Source: Bacilli bacterium
GTDB taxonomy: Bacteria; Bacillota_I; Bacilli_A; RF39; UBA660
Length of the DNA: 64,000 bases
NCBI GenBank assembly: GCA_017612805.1
Contig: JAGAFD010000002.1
Coordinates: forward strand, 287 to 64,286
Direction: 5' to 3'
The translations under genes and the position numbers were made by a program. Under the pieces are notes generated by a model. That model ran no database searches. It was not told where the DNA came from and saw nothing but the letters and a program-made list of their open reading frames with translations. Shown one piece after another: positions 61,739 through 64,000 of the stretch (position 1 is the first letter of the stretch; every line of letters starts with the position of its first letter).

Positions 61739-62726
61739 CTAAAGTTCTTAACATCTGACAAGTATAACCATATTCATTATCATACCATGCTACTAATTTA
61801 ACAATTTGATGTCCTTCAACATCTAATACATTAGTAGATAATAAATCAACTAAACAACCAGTAGATTTTCCAATAACATCACTTGATACAATTGGATCAT
61901 TAGTAACCCCTAATACTTTAGATTTATTAGCCATTAAGGTATTATTAATATCTTCTTTAGTAGTACGGTTACCTAAGATTAGTGTACAATCTACTAGTGA
62001 TCCATCAGATACTGGAACACGGTAAGCAATTCCGTCCATTTTACCTTTTAAACTTGGAATTACTTCACCAATAGCAGATGCAGCACCAGTAGATGCTGGA
62101 ACAATATTAGCAGCACAAGCTCTACCACGTCTAGCATAGATTCCTTTTTTATGAGCAATATCAAGTGTAGCTTGATCATTAGTATACGCATGAATTGTAG
62201 ACATAAAACCTTGTTTGATTTGATAATGATCATTAATCACTTTTAACATTGGCGCTAAACAATTAGTAGTACAAGATGCCGCACTAATAATCTTTTCACT
62301 ACCATCTAGAGTATCTTCATTTACTCCATAAACAATCGTTTTCATATTACCCTTACCAGGAGCACTAATTAAAACTTTTTTAGCGCCTGCTTCAATATGT
62401 TTATAAGCATCTTCATATTTAGTATAATGCCCAGAGCATTCTAATACGACATCAACATCTAGATCAAACCATGGTAAGTTATGTGGGTCGGTTTCTTTAT
62501 AAACAGGAAAGAATAAACTATCATTAATAATAATATTTTTTTCATTAAAACTAATAATGTTTTCGTGAAATGAACGATGATTAGTATCATATTTCAATAA
62601 ATAAGCTAATTCTTCAGGAGTAGATAAATCATTAATAGCAACAACTTTAAAATTAGGATTAACTAATAATTCGCGAAAAGCAAGTCTACCAATTCTACCA
62701 AAACCATTAATTGCAACTTTAATCAT
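61722..62726 (-). CDS. gap: Glyceraldehyde-3-phosphate dehydrogenase
   Basis: 334 aa. NGFGRIGR Rossmann motif, ASCTTNCLAP catalytic Cys, WYDNEYGY. Confidence 0.95.
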   Translation of the reverse strand: MIKVAINGFGRIGRLAFRELLVNPNFKVVAINDLSTPEELAYLLKYDTNHRSFHENIISFNEKNIIINDSLFFPVYKETDPHNLPWFDLDVDVVLECSGHYTKYEDAYKHIEAGAKKVLISAPGKGNMKTIVYGVNEDTLDGSEKIISAASCTTNCLAPMLKVINDHYQIKQGFMSTIHAYTNDQATLDIAHKKGIYARRGRACAANIVPASTGAASAIGEVIPSLKGKMDGIAYRVPVSDGSLVDCTLILGNRTTKEDINNTLMANKSKVLGVTNDPIVSSDVIGKSTGCLVDLLSTNVLDVEGHQIVKLVAWYDNEYGYTCQMLRTLGCLFK

Positions 62727-62736
62727 TTTTTACCTC

Positions 62737-64000
62737 CTATTCAAATATGGATCCACCAATGAATTCACGAATTACGGAATCATTTGGAACACATTCATTG
62801 TTAATACTATAAAATATTTTTAAGAAATCCAATAATCTTCTAGCGTCTTCATAGAATTTCGAATTAACATCAACACTTAATAATAGCGGTTCTGTTAATA
62901 CTTTTAATACCCCTATTTCATAAGGTAAGGCGGTATTAATAACGATATCTGCTTGATGAATATATGGGAAAATATATTTTTCTTCGCCATTTCTTACATC
63001 GCGCCATGAATCAAAGATGAAATCAATTGAACGATTTCTTTTTTGAACATCACGAGCAAGTCTTCTTAAGAATCTTAAATCTAATGTTGAGATATAATTA
63101 TGTGAATCGATATTAAGTGGAATAAATGGACTTAAATAAATACGATATTTTAACTCATCTGGTATATCAGGAGTTAAATCATTATTTAAAGTATGTAATC
63201 CTTCAATTAAAACAATACTGTTTTCTTTTAACGAAACTGGTTCACCAACATATTCTCTTTTATGAGTCATAAAATTATATCTTGGTAACATTACTTCTTT
63301 TTCATCCATTAAATCTTTTATATTTTGATTAAATAAATCAATATCTACTGCTTTGATACTTTCTAAGTCCGGTTTACCAGTTTCTGGATCAATTGGTGTA
63401 TCTTCTAAGTTAAAGAAGTAATCATCAGTAGAAAGAATAATTGGTGATAACCCCTTACTCTCAAGAGCTAGTGCAATCTTTTTGGTAGTAGTTGTTTTAC
63501 CACTCGAAGATGGACCAGCAATCATAATATATTTAATATTATCATTTTCAATAATATTATCCGTAATACGACATATTTGATTATCAAAATTCATTTCACA
63601 AGTTCTTATGAAATCGCCGATTTTTAATTTAGCAATTATCTCATTGATATTTGCAGCATATGGAACATTTAATAATTTTAACCAATTCTTATTAGCTTTA
63701 AAACATTCAATAACTTTTTCATAATGAATATATTCTGGAACTTGCCCTTTAGTTAATTTAGATGGATATAAAAGGGCTAGATGGTTATGTCCTAAATCTA
63801 CAATATCAAATTTAGAAATTGAACCGGTACTATAAGGCATTTTTGAATAATAATAATTTAAGTTATTCTTTAATTTATATAAAGTAATTGTCGTAGCATT
63901 AATATTTTTAATATTTTGAGCTTTTTCTTTTTGATTGATCTTATTAAAATAGTTTATTGCTTCAATAGCATTTATTTCATAACGAATAAATGGAATATCT
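62737..64000 (-). CDS. Uridine-kinase-family nucleoside kinase with N-terminal extension; reading frame remains open to window end (possibly partial)
   Basis: P-loop IAGPSSSGKTTTTKKIA. First in-window Met at 63840 (MPYSTG...), but the same frame has no stop between 63841 and 64000 (…YEINAIEAINYFNKINQKEKAQNIKNI…). The true start may lie beyond the window; 550-aa TGS-Udk fusions are known. Confidence 0.65.
   Translation of the reverse strand, partial: DIPFIRYEINAIEAINYFNKINQKEKAQNIKNINATTITLYKLKNNLNYYYSKMPYSTGSISKFDIVDLGHNHLALLYPSKLTKGQVPEYIHYEKVIECFKANKNWLKLLNVPYAANINEIIAKLKIGDFIRTCEMNFDNQICRITDNIIENDNIKYIMIAGPSSSGKTTTTKKIALALESKGLSPIILSTDDYFFNLEDTPIDPETGKPDLESIKAVDIDLFNQNIKDLMDEKEVMLPRYNFMTHKREYVGEPVSLKENSIVLIEGLHTLNNDLTPDIPDELKYRIYLSPFIPLNIDSHNYISTLDLRFLRRLARDVQKRNRSIDFIFDSWRDVRNGEEKYIFPYIHQADIVINTALPYEIGVLKVLTEPLLLSVDVNSKFYEDARRLLDFLKIFYSINNECVPNDSVIREFIGGSIFE

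Overview
AT-rich (roughly 27% GC by eye) chromosomal segment from a low-GC Gram-positive bacterium (Bacillota). It uses the standard genetic code: long ORFs such as ligA, pcrA, pheT and the 1391-aa surface protein stay intact under code 11 and Trp is encoded by TGG, so this is not a TGA=Trp mollicute. Gene order is Bacillus-like: mrnC, TrmH-family methyltransferase, SigH-like sigma factor, secE, nusG, then rplK-rplA-rplJ-rplL; ychF-DUF951-parB-parA; pcrA-ligA; and a T-box upstream of pheS-pheT. Cell-wall genes are present (lgt, LysM, M23 peptidase, GH25 muramidase, FtsEX), so a walled Erysipelotrichia-like organism is plausible, but taxonomy cannot be proven from sequence alone. Nearly all genes are on the minus strand.

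Three accessory regions stand out. (1) A co-oriented ~14.6 kb cell-surface cluster at 20672..35265 runs ftsE-ftsX-M23 peptidase | giant type-IV-pilin-like protein | pilin-like protein, bPH, LysM, multi-TM, TapA-position protein | sipW, TasA-like protein. It is punctuated by hairpin plus T-run terminators and combines two N-terminal processing systems (prepilin-type and SipW-type). (2) At 6418..8763 there is a protein with an N-terminal cytoplasmic TIR domain, one TM helix and an extracellular beta-propeller, a Toll-like-receptor topology; it converges on a SpoIVB-like PDZ-protease gene and sits next to a degenerate-GGDEF sensor operon. (3) Two genes (GH25 muramidase and an unknown) are inserted between nusG and rplK, and small prepilin-like paralogs follow rplL.

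Other features: a tRNA-Glu (anticodon read as CTC) at 61599..61675, the T-box leader of pheST, the L10 and L11 leaders, several intrinsic terminators and near-consensus sigma-A promoters. No CRISPR array, transposase or integrase was recognised.
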